This document shows, in pieces, positions 54,922 through 64,000 of a DNA stretch of 64,000 nt. Made by a program: the position numbers and the translations under genes. Under the pieces are notes generated by a model. That model searched no databases. It was not told the DNA's origin and was given only the letters and a program-made list of their open reading frames with translations. Each line of letters starts with the position of its first letter. Positions within the stretch are counted from its first letter, which is position 1. Source of the stretch: an uncultured Pelolinea sp. (GTDB taxonomy: Bacteria > Chloroflexota > Anaerolineae > Anaerolineales > Anaerolineaceae). The DNA is taken from the NCBI GenBank assembly GCA_964383575.1, contig CAYLHI010000001.1, forward strand, positions 18,442-82,441. The letters are read 5' to 3'.

Positions 54922-56121
54922 CTATTTAAACTGCTTATAGAAATTCTGAACTATCTGCTTTACTTTCTGAATATCCACGCGATCCGCAACGATTCCCTGA
55001 TTGATCACCGCGGCACGTTCGCGCAGATTTTTATCACGCAGAACACTGATCACTGCATCCGCAGCAGCACGCGCATCCCGCGGTTCTACCAGCAGGCCAT
55101 TCTTTCCATGATCAATCCATTCCCGCAGAGAGGGAATGTTTCCCACAACGGGAAAGCAGCCGCAGGCGATCGCTTCCAGGAATGAGTTGGGAGTGCCGTC
55201 ATGGCTGGAGAGGGACATGTACACATCAGCGTTGGAGTACAGCGCCCATAATTCTTCCTGCGGTATGAAAGGCAGCAAAGAAACACTTGAATTAATCTCA
55301 TAATGCCGGAGCCATTTTTCCGCCTGAGGTTGGCCGCGCATACCGGTGCATACAAAATACGCTTCCGGCACTTCTTCCAGGATAAAGGGAATACTCTGAA
55401 AGAACACATCCTGATGAACACTACCGGGGCGGAAACCACGTGGGTTGATAATTAGCGGTACGTTCACTGGTATTCCATATTTGCCTGCAGATGAATCGTT
55501 TGCGATCGTGCTGATAACACCCAGATCCAGGCCACCGCTTCCCGGCACAACAATGTTCGGAATCGATTCCCGAAGCCCCATTTTTTCTGCCAGTTGAATA
55601 TCGCTGGCAGCATCTGCCATCAAACCATCTGCGCGAGCAAGCGTTTCACTGGTTCGTAAGGCCATCAATTTTGTGGTTTTCGCATGTAAAGTAAGATCAT
55701 TCCCCCAGATTGAAACAACCAAGGGGATTTCTTCCGGCATAGCCGCCACCAGCATTCCCTCAAATGGGATTCTGAGCGCGTGCACAATATCTGGCTTAAT
55801 CTTTTTTACATACTCTAAAAACCGTACCTGATATCTGGGTATTAATACCGGTGTCAGAAACGTGCGTATCCGCATCAGCAGAGGGCGGAACAGCGCCACA
55901 ACCATACTAATTCGTGATGATTTGCCCTGACCTTTATTCTTCACCTGGCTGCCCGCCATGGTAGAAAAACCAACCGGCAGAGTAAACTGCTCTTTGACAT
56001 CCAGAATCGGTTTATACGGAAAGGTTGAGAGTAAAACAACCTGATAGCCCAGACCACCAACCATACGGATCCAGTTTCTTGTGATCGGACTGCGCCCATC
56101 AGCAACCAGCAGAATACGCAA
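54922..56121 (-). CDS. GT-B glycosyltransferase (family 4-like)
   Basis: 'MRILLVADG', 'DGTPNSFLEAIACGCFPVVGNIPSLREW' (E-x7-E region). Confidence 0.8.
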   Translation of the reverse strand: MRILLVADGRSPITRNWIRMVGGLGYQVVLLSTFPYKPILDVKEQFTLPVGFSTMAGSQVKNKGQGKSSRISMVVALFRPLLMRIRTFLTPVLIPRYQVRFLEYVKKIKPDIVHALRIPFEGMLVAAMPEEIPLVVSIWGNDLTLHAKTTKLMALRTSETLARADGLMADAASDIQLAEKMGLRESIPNIVVPGSGGLDLGVISTIANDSSAGKYGIPVNVPLIINPRGFRPGSVHQDVFFQSIPFILEEVPEAYFVCTGMRGQPQAEKWLRHYEINSSVSLLPFIPQEELWALYSNADVYMSLSSHDGTPNSFLEAIACGCFPVVGNIPSLREWIDHGKNGLLVEPRDARAAADAVISVLRDKNLRERAAVINQGIVADRVDIQKVKQIVQNFYKQFK

Positions 56122-56122
56122 A

Positions 56123-57235
56123 TTAATCCTCCATCACCTTCTCAATTGCTCTTGAAAAGACCGCAACCATATTTTCGAGATTGATCTCCTGGCTGACAAT
56201 CCTGTATGAGGCGGCCCCTTTCATGCGCAGGATAGTTATATCCAACAGCGCTGATGCCAGCGTATCTTTCAGTGCCTGTATAGAATCATCGGCCAGCAGC
56301 CATCCATTTTCGTCCCGCACAAGGTCCTCCTGAGTGCCATCGCCGACACCCACAATAACCGGCAGCCCATAAGACATTGCTTCCTGAACAGCCAACCCGC
56401 CAGTTCCCGGCATGATAAACAGATCGGCTGAGTGTAAATGTTGACCTAATTCTGCGCCATGCTGGGCACCGTAGAATCGCGTCTGGGGATAGATTTCATT
56501 AGCCAGTTTTTCTAACACGGTCCGCCTGGGACCATCTCCTATTATTTTTAATAATGGCTGAACATCCGATGGTAATGCCGCGCAGGCGCGGATGAGCGTA
56601 TCTACGCGTTTACGTTCCTGCAAGCGGCCGACAAAAACCACAACTGGTTTATCACCCCTGAACACAGGAGGCCGCTCAGGCATTGGACGGGTTGGTCTGG
56701 GCGCGACCGCATTGGGAGCCATGAAAATGCGGTCCCTTGGAAATCCGAGCGCTTCATATTCACGCGCACCCTGGCTGCTGTAAGTAATCATCGCATCAAA
56801 TTTACGAATGAATCGCTTACGAACGGACATGCGCAGCACTGTTAAGCCGCCCTGTGTATTTGGAGATCCAAGTCCCCATCCAATCAATCTCCCATCCTTT
56901 TTTCGTATCCAATGCATTGCAGAAGTTGAAAGTAAATAGCGTGGGTTAGCTTCCATGATCAACACCCGCGGCTGCCAATCCTCTAACCATTCCACCAAAC
57001 CAGACTGCCAGCACAAGTAAAATGGGCCTTCGAAAAGATGATGGTTCTTACCCCACCACATTTTTGCGGTTTGAGGTACTACACCACCAGTCAGCGCTTC
57101 TCTTTTTCGGGGTTCACCAGCAAAAACACTGACATTGCTATCAAATTCATTTGCCAATGCGTCAAAAAACGGCACGCGGTATGATGGCAGCACCCGCTGC
57201 ATCACTCCGATCCGAATTTGGGCGGGTTCATTCAT
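56123..57235 (-). CDS. GT-B glycosyltransferase (family 4-like)
   Basis: 'RVLPSYRVPFFDAL', 'VFVGRLQERKRVD' and 'GGLAVQEAMSYGLPVIV'. The start overlaps the sbcC stop (ATGA). Confidence 0.8.
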   Translation of the reverse strand: MNEPAQIRIGVMQRVLPSYRVPFFDALANEFDSNVSVFAGEPRKREALTGGVVPQTAKMWWGKNHHLFEGPFYLCWQSGLVEWLEDWQPRVLIMEANPRYLLSTSAMHWIRKKDGRLIGWGLGSPNTQGGLTVLRMSVRKRFIRKFDAMITYSSQGAREYEALGFPRDRIFMAPNAVAPRPTRPMPERPPVFRGDKPVVVFVGRLQERKRVDTLIRACAALPSDVQPLLKIIGDGPRRTVLEKLANEIYPQTRFYGAQHGAELGQHLHSADLFIMPGTGGLAVQEAMSYGLPVIVGVGDGTQEDLVRDENGWLLADDSIQALKDTLASALLDITILRMKGAASYRIVSQEINLENMVAVFSRAIEKVMED

Positions 57236-59793
57236 GGGATCACCTCAACACTCGAGCTGGATGCGGTCTTAGTTACTTCAATCCTGGAGGGGAACGCGTC
57301 TTTTAATTCTTCAAGATGTGTGATAACAATGATCTTTTCAAAATCAGGATTAACTAAATTGATTGCCTCAACTAAACGCTGCCGCCCTTCAGCATCCTGA
57401 CTGCCAAAGCCCTCATCAATTACAAGCGTCTGAAGGCGCGCGCCGGACCGCTGTGCCAGAACACGGGAGAGCGCCAGGCGAATGGCAAAGTTTATCCGAA
57501 ATGCCTCACCGCCCGAGAACAATTCATATTCCCGGCTGCCTGCACTATCGCGGATGATAATGTCTAATGTCTGTTTCTTGTCCTCGCGTTTTTTATCACG
57601 ATATTCGCGCTGAGTTTCAAAGCTCACTGACATTTCGCCATTACTTAAACGATCCAATATCTCATTAGCCTTTGCCTCAATCTGCGGGAGCGACTGCTCG
57701 ATCAGCAATGCGGGGATGCCGTCTTTTCCGAACGCCACTTCCAACATTTTCAATTGGGCAACCTGAATGTTTTTTTCATTTATCTCATTTTCAATCTGTA
57801 CTTTTCTCTTGCGCAGAACCTTAAGCACATCAACGGCCTGTTTCGCACCGCCTACCCGTAAGCGTAGTTTATTTTCTTCCTTCCGAATATCACTGAGATC
57901 TTTCTCTAAACCAACAATATCTGGAAGCGTACGGCGCTGATCATTTACTTGCTTCTGTAATGATTCCTTCGAGATAACATTTTTATCCAAATTACTCCGC
58001 AGCTGCCCAATCTGTTTTTCATACTCATCAATTTCCCTGCGCAGACCTTTTTTTGCTGTTCGAGCCTGCTCCAACTCACGGAATTGATCCTCAATGCCTC
58101 GTAAACCAAGCTCTTCAGCTCTAATCTTTTCGTGTTTCTCTGGTGAATAATTTAACTCAGCAATTTTTTTCTCAAGGATCACCAATTCTTTTTTTGATTC
58201 TTCCTCCATCTTTGCCTTGTCCAACAAATCTGCAACCTCTTTCAGGCGTAGTTCATCCTTTTTTTCCCACTCCTCCACTTTTTTTGTTCCTTCTGCAATC
58301 TGCTGGGCAAGAATTCCAGTTTCACTTTGGAGAGTGGTAAGTTCATGGCGCAATTTTTTAAGTGAAACAATTTCCTTTTTTATACGGACAATATTGCTGG
58401 AACACTGCTCAATCCCGGTTTCATTTTCACGATAGAGATCACCAAGATCTTTACCTTCGATATTCAATTTATTGATCATTTCCTGCTTGTGCTCATCGCT
58501 CAGATTCTGACCGCAGAGCGGGCAGTCAGCACCTGGAGCATTCTCAAGATACCCAATTCGCTCTTTAAGTTCTTCCATCTTCACTTTAAGGTGATTGTTT
58601 TCCCCCATCCGATCTGCTTTTTTCTGTTTGAAATCATCTAATTCCACCTCTAATCGTTCAAAGTCCTTCAATTTTGACTGAATCCGTTCAATCTGGTCAG
58701 TTTTTTCTGAAAGTGATTTTTGATTATCTGGCTGCCTATTTTGGATAGCTGTGATCTCTTTTTGTTTTTGTCCCAAAGAGAGCCGTTCCTGGGTTAATCG
58801 TGCGGCTGCCGCCTGAATCTTCCCATTGATCGCCCCTTTTTTAAGCTTCAACTGATTATATTCCATCCCGACGGCATCCATACTGGAAAGCACCTTACGC
58901 ACATTTTGCCAGGATTGGTAATTCTCTTCGATCTCATCTGAATGCTGAAGGGTTTTTTCAACATCCGCCAGACTGACCTTACGGTTAGCAAGCAAATCTT
59001 GGGTTTCTTTCAACCTTGTTTCTATAGATGTAACCTGTTCTGCAAATAAACTGATCTTTTCTTCGTAAGCTTCCAACTGCTGAATCTGCCCCCGCACCTG
59101 CCCCAGATATTCATCTTTACTCTCCCTTAAACTGGTTGTTTTCTTTAGCAGCTCCTTAAGGTTTTTCAGCGTTGAGGAACGCTTGTCCTCTTCATTCAAT
59201 TCATCGATCACTTCCATCAACAAGGACTGCTGGATCTTAACCTCGTTTTGGATAACCCGGCGGCGGCGCGCGGTTTCATTCCGATAGGTTTCCCATTTTT
59301 CCAGTCCTAAGATGCTGCTGAGAATCTCTTTCCTCTTACCAGACGGCTGAACCGCGAACATATCAGCCTTCCCCTGTAAAAAGAAAGAGGCATTCACAAA
59401 AGTTTCATAATCGAGGTGCAGTACTTCTTTAATGCGGTCCTCTGTGGCACGAATACCTGCCTCCGTGAGCGGTTTCCAGTTTCCATCCGAACCCTTAACC
59501 TGGAATTCGAGGATGGTACCCTTGCCGCGATGTTTTGAACGTTCAACCCGATAGAGTTCATTCTCATAGCTAAACTCAAATACTACCTGGCAGCTATCCA
59601 TCCCGTTATTTATCAAAGCGTCATCGCTTCGGCGCGCTTTCCCAAACAGTGACCAGGTGATCGCGTCAAATAAAGTGGATTTCCCTGCGCCATTCGCGCC
59701 TGAAACACAAGCAACATTTATTTGGGAAAGATCAACGATGACCATATCCCGATACGAGAGAAATCCATGCAGGGTTAATTTTTGGGGAATCAT
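57232..59793 (-). CDS. sbcC: SbcC/Rad50-family ATPase
   Basis: Walker A 'GANGAGKSTLFDAI', long coiled coil, zinc hook 'CPLCGQ', signature 'FSGGEAFR', Walker B 'LVIDEGFGSQD'. Confidence 0.9.
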   Translation of the reverse strand: MIPQKLTLHGFLSYRDMVIVDLSQINVACVSGANGAGKSTLFDAITWSLFGKARRSDDALINNGMDSCQVVFEFSYENELYRVERSKHRGKGTILEFQVKGSDGNWKPLTEAGIRATEDRIKEVLHLDYETFVNASFFLQGKADMFAVQPSGKRKEILSSILGLEKWETYRNETARRRRVIQNEVKIQQSLLMEVIDELNEEDKRSSTLKNLKELLKKTTSLRESKDEYLGQVRGQIQQLEAYEEKISLFAEQVTSIETRLKETQDLLANRKVSLADVEKTLQHSDEIEENYQSWQNVRKVLSSMDAVGMEYNQLKLKKGAINGKIQAAAARLTQERLSLGQKQKEITAIQNRQPDNQKSLSEKTDQIERIQSKLKDFERLEVELDDFKQKKADRMGENNHLKVKMEELKERIGYLENAPGADCPLCGQNLSDEHKQEMINKLNIEGKDLGDLYRENETGIEQCSSNIVRIKKEIVSLKKLRHELTTLQSETGILAQQIAEGTKKVEEWEKKDELRLKEVADLLDKAKMEEESKKELVILEKKIAELNYSPEKHEKIRAEELGLRGIEDQFRELEQARTAKKGLRREIDEYEKQIGQLRSNLDKNVISKESLQKQVNDQRRTLPDIVGLEKDLSDIRKEENKLRLRVGGAKQAVDVLKVLRKRKVQIENEINEKNIQVAQLKMLEVAFGKDGIPALLIEQSLPQIEAKANEILDRLSNGEMSVSFETQREYRDKKREDKKQTLDIIIRDSAGSREYELFSGGEAFRINFAIRLALSRVLAQRSGARLQTLVIDEGFGSQDAEGRQRLVEAINLVNPDFEKIIVITHLEELKDAFPSRIEVTKTASSSSVEVIP

Positions 59794-61058
59794 TGCATGT
59801 GCTCCTCTCCATTTTCCGGGATGCCCACGCTCATTTCTACTGACTGAATAATATCTCCAGCCAGTTCGTTTAACACATTTATCTCATTGGTTTCTTGTGC
59901 AACTGTTTTCCAATATAACGCAAGCAGTTCACCGGATGAAAGGTTCGCAATCGCCATACCCCCGGGAAGCCGCAGCCGGGCTGGAGATAATGGGCGCCGA
60001 ATCAGATGGAATTCAAACGCAGCCTCTGCAGCGCGCCGGATGGCTGCTTCATCAATCATTGCTTCCCAATCTCTTGGGTAAGTCAATATTAATCGGAACA
60101 TAGCATCCTGTATCTCATCTGGTGGCGGGATCACTTTCATGATCTGTACCTGAACGCCCTCAGGATCATCCACGGTGACCGAGCAGCTGATAAATGGGCG
60201 CCCCACTAATTTAATCCATTTAAATTTTGTCGGCACCCCTTTTTCAATTTCCGCAATTACGAAAGTTTTTTCATCTTTAATCTCCCCAAAATCCACCCTT
60301 TCAATCGACCCCGGGTAGATCACTGGGGGATGCCCATCGGGATTGAGATTTTGGGCTTTATGGATATGCCCTAGCGCTACATAATCCAACCGCTTATCCT
60401 TTACCAGGGAAGCGGTTAGCACCAGATCCTTACCAAGCATAACGCTGCGTTCATTACCATAGGAAGCACCCTGCACGGATACATGGCTGGTGAGAACTGC
60501 TGGGAGCGCCGGATCAAGCTTTTCAAAAAAATCTTCAATTATTCTGGTTATCTGGCTTTCTAGCTGATCATTTATTTCATCTGCCGCGACATCTATGTCT
60601 GCGAGCGACGCCGCCAATCCAGAACGGTTCAGCCAAGGAATCCCAATAACCTGTATGGGAAGCCCATTCAAGTCATCAGGACCAAGCAAACAGGGCTTAC
60701 TGATAACGTGGATATGCGGCACTTGAAGCGTGTCAAATTCCTGTAGAGTATGTGCCCTACCGGCGGCAGGCGATACATCGTGATTGCCAACAACCAGTAA
60801 GGTTTGGATGCCCGCTTCTGATAAGCGTATCATTCTTTTTCCCCATTCACGCTGATAGGTTGGCGCAGGTGTGCGATCCCGGTACGCATCGCCGGCAAAA
60901 ATAACCAGATCAACCTTTTCTGATACCGCAGCATCCACGATCCTGTCCAGCGCGCGTAAAAAATCCAGCACGCGCATTGGAAGCCCGGTTTCCGGATCAC
61001 GCCGCCCATGGCGAGCAAGGTCAATATGCGCATCAGCAAAATGCAACAGTTTAATCAT
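59790..61058 (-). CDS. sbcD: SbcD/Mre11-family nuclease
   Basis: 'LLHFADAHID', 'AGDAYRD', 'VVGNHD' and 'ALGHIH'. 4-nt overlap with sbcC. Confidence 0.9.
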   Translation of the reverse strand: MIKLLHFADAHIDLARHGRRDPETGLPMRVLDFLRALDRIVDAAVSEKVDLVIFAGDAYRDRTPAPTYQREWGKRMIRLSEAGIQTLLVVGNHDVSPAAGRAHTLQEFDTLQVPHIHVISKPCLLGPDDLNGLPIQVIGIPWLNRSGLAASLADIDVAADEINDQLESQITRIIEDFFEKLDPALPAVLTSHVSVQGASYGNERSVMLGKDLVLTASLVKDKRLDYVALGHIHKAQNLNPDGHPPVIYPGSIERVDFGEIKDEKTFVIAEIEKGVPTKFKWIKLVGRPFISCSVTVDDPEGVQVQIMKVIPPPDEIQDAMFRLILTYPRDWEAMIDEAAIRRAAEAAFEFHLIRRPLSPARLRLPGGMAIANLSSGELLALYWKTVAQETNEINVLNELAGDIIQSVEMSVGIPENGEEHMQ

Positions 61059-61186
61059 CGCTTTTAGCCCAGCCTCCCATATACCATTATTTCTTATTTT
61101 ACTTGTTTGCTACCTCCAACATTGATCTATTTCTTACGAATCATTCAATTCTTTTAGGTATACTAATAGTATCAAAAGAGGAAAAA

Positions 61187-61885
61187 ATGTTCCCAATCCG
61201 AGACACCGTCCGTACCAGGTCTTTTCCATTCATTAACTGGATGATCATTATTTTAAATGGGCTTGTTTTTTTCTTGCTATCCAATCTTTCGCCCTCCGGG
61301 CTCGACCAATTTCTTGATAGTTTCGCGCTTATCCCAGCCCTCATTGATGTAAGTCAGCCATTTTCATTGATCCTATTCTTTACGCATATATGGATGCATG
61401 GGTCATTATTTCATTTGATCAGCAATATGTGGATGCTTTTCATTTTCGGTGATAATGTTGAAGATCGAATGGGTTCAGTGCGTTACTTATTATTCTATAT
61501 ACTGGGCGGAATCTTTGCCGGAATACTGCAGTTCTATTTCGCCGCTGATGCAACCATTCCGACTTTGGGCGCCAGCGGCGCGATTGCGGCTGTGATGGGT
61601 GCTTATTTTCTCTTTTTCCCCCATTCAAAAGTAATCACCTTTGTACCAATCTTCTTTTTTGGATGGTTTATCAATATACCTTCTTTAATCTTTCTGGGAA
61701 TATGGTTTGTCAGCCAGGTATTCAGTGGAGTGATCGAGTTAACCGCTGCCGCGGGCGGAGCCATGGGAGGTGTTGCCTGGTGGGCGCATATTGGCGGGTT
61801 TCTATTTGGATTGATCTTGGCAAATCCGTTTTGCACCGGCCGTAAAAAACGCCGCTCCTACACAGATGAATATTATCCCTGGTAG
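61187..61885 (+). CDS. rhomboid-family intramembrane serine protease
   Basis: 'HGSLFHLISNMWMLFIFG', catalytic 'GASGAIAAVMGAY' and 'WAHIGGFLFG'. Start set at MFPIRD after RBS AGAGGA. Confidence 0.85.
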   Translation: MFPIRDTVRTRSFPFINWMIIILNGLVFFLLSNLSPSGLDQFLDSFALIPALIDVSQPFSLILFFTHIWMHGSLFHLISNMWMLFIFGDNVEDRMGSVRYLLFYILGGIFAGILQFYFAADATIPTLGASGAIAAVMGAYFLFFPHSKVITFVPIFFFGWFINIPSLIFLGIWFVSQVFSGVIELTAAAGGAMGGVAWWAHIGGFLFGLILANPFCTGRKKRRSYTDEYYPW

Positions 61886-61924
61886 GATTGGCTTCAGTAT
61901 ATTAATTAACTTTTGGAGGATGTA

Positions 61925-62755
61925 ATGGATTTTATTAATATCATCTGGATATTCGTTCTTATTATTAGCCTGACGCCCATGGTCAAGCAGAAGGTAATGG
62001 ATTCCTCCCGACTTCGTTTGATGCGCAAGCTCGAGGAAAAACGTGGATCACGCGTGATCGCCCTGATACACCGCCAGGAGAGTATGTCTATCCTTGGCTT
62101 CCCGATAGCCCGGTATATTGATATTCAAGACTCTGAACAGGTGCTGAGGGCAATCAAATTAACTAATCCCAAGATTCCTATTGATATCATTCTGCATACC
62201 CCGGGCGGTTTAGTCCTCGCCTCTGAACAGATTGCGCATGCATTGTCAAAACACAAGGGCAAAGTAACCGTATTTGTACCGCATTATGCTATGTCCGGCG
62301 GTACCATGATCGCGCTGGCAGCGGACACCATCATTATGGACGAAAATGCAGTGCTTGGGCCGGTAGACCCACAAGTGGGTAATTTTCCTGCTGTTTCTAT
62401 CCTCAAAGTACTAGAAGATAAACCAGCAAAGGATATTGATGACGAAACCATGATCTTAGCGGACATCTCATGGAAGGCGATCAGGCAGGTTAAGAACACC
62501 ATCAAGCAAATCGCCTGCTGTCAGTATTCTGACGATATCGCAAATGACCTGGCAGAAAAAATCGCCAGCGGACGATGGACCCACGATTATCCTATTAGTT
62601 TTGAAGAAGCAAAAGAAATGGGCTTGAAGGTTACTGATAAAGTTCCAGAGGAGATTTATCAACTGATGAATCTCTACCCACAAGCGCGGACACGGCGCCC
62701 ATCAGTAGAGTATATCCCCATTCCATATGAAAAAAGGCCAAAAGAGCCCAAATAG
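61925..62755 (+). CDS. SDH-family Clp-fold serine proteinase
   Basis: 'IDIILHTPGGLVLASEQIAHAL' and 'VPHYAMSGGTMIALAADTIIMDENAVLGPVDPQ'. N-terminal TM helix. Start at ATG 61925 after GGAGG. Confidence 0.75.
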   Translation: MDFINIIWIFVLIISLTPMVKQKVMDSSRLRLMRKLEEKRGSRVIALIHRQESMSILGFPIARYIDIQDSEQVLRAIKLTNPKIPIDIILHTPGGLVLASEQIAHALSKHKGKVTVFVPHYAMSGGTMIALAADTIIMDENAVLGPVDPQVGNFPAVSILKVLEDKPAKDIDDETMILADISWKAIRQVKNTIKQIACCQYSDDIANDLAEKIASGRWTHDYPISFEEAKEMGLKVTDKVPEEIYQLMNLYPQARTRRPSVEYIPIPYEKRPKEPK

Positions 62756-62958
62756 CGCAGTGATGAAGAGTAGAAATCCACAACTACCGCGGGTTTTTCC
62801 TGTTTTAAGATCGTTAAAAAACGCATAACATCAGGGGGGTGCGATACAATTCGCTTCCTTTTAATTATGGTTCAAAGGAATAGCAAGTCTCTTACAAAGC
62901 GTTCAAAACCATATTATTATTAACCAATCAAAAAAAGTAGCCTGTTTAGAGAATAATT

Positions 62959-64000
62959 ATGTGCGGAATTTGCGGCGTTATCAATAAAAAATATAAGAAG
63001 ATCCCCGCGGTAGTTTCGATGATAGATACCATGAACAAACTAATCGCGCACCGCGGCCCGGATGGAGAGGGCACCTGGTTCCACCAGAGCGGATTCATCG
63101 GGTTTGGTCACCGCCGATTGAGCATCATCGACCTTAAGACCGGAAACCAGCCCATGACCGATGATAGCGGCAATTGGATCGTCTATAACGGAGAGATCTA
63201 CAACTATATCGAACTCCGCAAGGAATTGGGTGTGAAGCAATTCACAACCACTTCAGATACAGAAGTGATCCTGCATGCCTACCTGAAATGGGGAACTGAT
63301 TGTGTCCAGCATTTCCGCGGCATGTTCTCCTTTGTGCTCTGGGATGAACAGAATAAGCGCGTGTTCTGCGCACGCGATCGTTTTGGAATCAAACCATTTT
63401 ATTTTTATCAAAATGGACCGCTGTTCTTCTTCGCTTCCGAGCCGAAAGCGCTGCTGCCGTTCGTAAAGGAGATTCGCACGAACATGGAAGCCCTGAAAGA
63501 ATACCTCGCGTTCCAATTCTGCCTGGATGGAAAAACACTGTTTGAAGGCATTCATGAATTGCAGCCCGCTCACACACTGATCATCAGCAGCGGAAAAATC
63601 AGCACACGAAAATACTGGGAAGTGTTTTACGAACCAGATTTCTCCCACAACGAAACATATTATGAAGAACAACTGCGAAACCTGATCGAGGATTCCGTAA
63701 AGATTCACACCCGCAGCGATGTTCCTATAGGCGCTTACCTCAGCGGAGGCGTCGATTCAAGCGCTATCGCTTCCATAGCATGCAGGGATGACCCTGAAAA
63801 TTTTATTGGTTTCATCGGTAAATTCACCGAAGGACCGGAATTTGACGAGAGTGACTACGCCCGGGAAGTGGCGGAGAAGAATGGCTTTCCTTTAAAAGAA
63901 ATCACCATCACGGCAGATGACTTCATAAGCACTATCCGTAAAGTCATTTACTATATGGATTACCCATCCGCAGGTCCCGGATCCTTCCCGCAGTACATGG
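62959..64000 (+). CDS. asnB: asparagine synthase (glutamine-hydrolysing), 5' part (continues beyond the window)
   Basis: 'MCGICGV' (Cys2 nucleophile), 'HRGPDGEG', 'GHRRLSIIDL', 'NGEIYNY' and PP-loop 'LSGGVDSSAIAS'. No stop before the window end. Confidence 0.9.
   Translation, partial: MCGICGVINKKYKKIPAVVSMIDTMNKLIAHRGPDGEGTWFHQSGFIGFGHRRLSIIDLKTGNQPMTDDSGNWIVYNGEIYNYIELRKELGVKQFTTTSDTEVILHAYLKWGTDCVQHFRGMFSFVLWDEQNKRVFCARDRFGIKPFYFYQNGPLFFFASEPKALLPFVKEIRTNMEALKEYLAFQFCLDGKTLFEGIHELQPAHTLIISSGKISTRKYWEVFYEPDFSHNETYYEEQLRNLIEDSVKIHTRSDVPIGAYLSGGVDSSAIASIACRDDPENFIGFIGKFTEGPEFDESDYAREVAEKNGFPLKEITITADDFISTIRKVIYYMDYPSAGPGSFPQYM

Overview
This is a 64-kb bacterial chromosomal window, densely coded (about 60 genes), mostly housekeeping and transport. 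I saw no rRNA, CRISPR array, transposase, integrase or phage genes. One tRNA-Gln(UUG) is present. The gene content is compatible with a Chloroflexota/Anaerolineae-like organism, but that is only a guess. It rests on a bacterial Elp3, a group-3 [NiFe] hydrogenase, many secreted beta-propeller lipoproteins and leaderless-looking promoters. Recognisable genes are listed below.

- **Redox and iron:** hydrogenase small and large subunits at the left edge; a DtxR-FeoA-FeoB iron-uptake operon with FeoB split in two; a B12-binding radical SAM enzyme.
- **Housekeeping:** NifU-like, recO, cdd, glmU, rsgA, a PBP2-type transpeptidase, maf, the primary sigma factor, yceD, rdgB and rarA.
- **Transport:** a six-gene Opp/Dpp-type peptide ABC locus with two binding proteins.
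- **Metabolism and repair:** P5C dehydrogenase, histidine phosphatases with a HAD hydrolase, and sbcD-sbcC coupled to two glycosyltransferases.
- **Proteases and right edge:** a rhomboid protease, an SDH-family protease, and asnB running off the right edge.

The most interesting locus is a GC-rich, tightly coupled minus-strand cassette at 3878-6968.

- It encodes a SulA/ImuA-like RecA-fold protein without a P-loop, an 88-aa helical protein, and a family-B DNA polymerase whose exonuclease motifs are lost.
- It is preceded by a 16-bp near-palindrome, TAGAAY-N4-RTTCTA, which resembles the GAAC-N4-GTTC LexA box, set in a leaderless-type promoter.
- A near-identical box sits in a textbook leaderless promoter in front of a GC-rich LuxR-type regulator about 7.6 kb away.
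- The two GC-rich units are separated by a strongly AT-rich block.
- I read this as a candidate SOS-controlled mutagenesis cassette analogous to imuA-imuB-dnaE2, built on PolB. That reading is inference only.

Other notable observations are these.

- A divergent bacterial Elp3 / Trm9-like methyltransferase pair.
- A circularly permuted family-5 substrate-binding protein.
- A Pol-beta-fold nucleotidyltransferase-like protein coupled to a DEDDh exonuclease.
- An exact 27-bp direct repeat flanking the radical SAM module.
- Two doubly disrupted genes flanking rarA.
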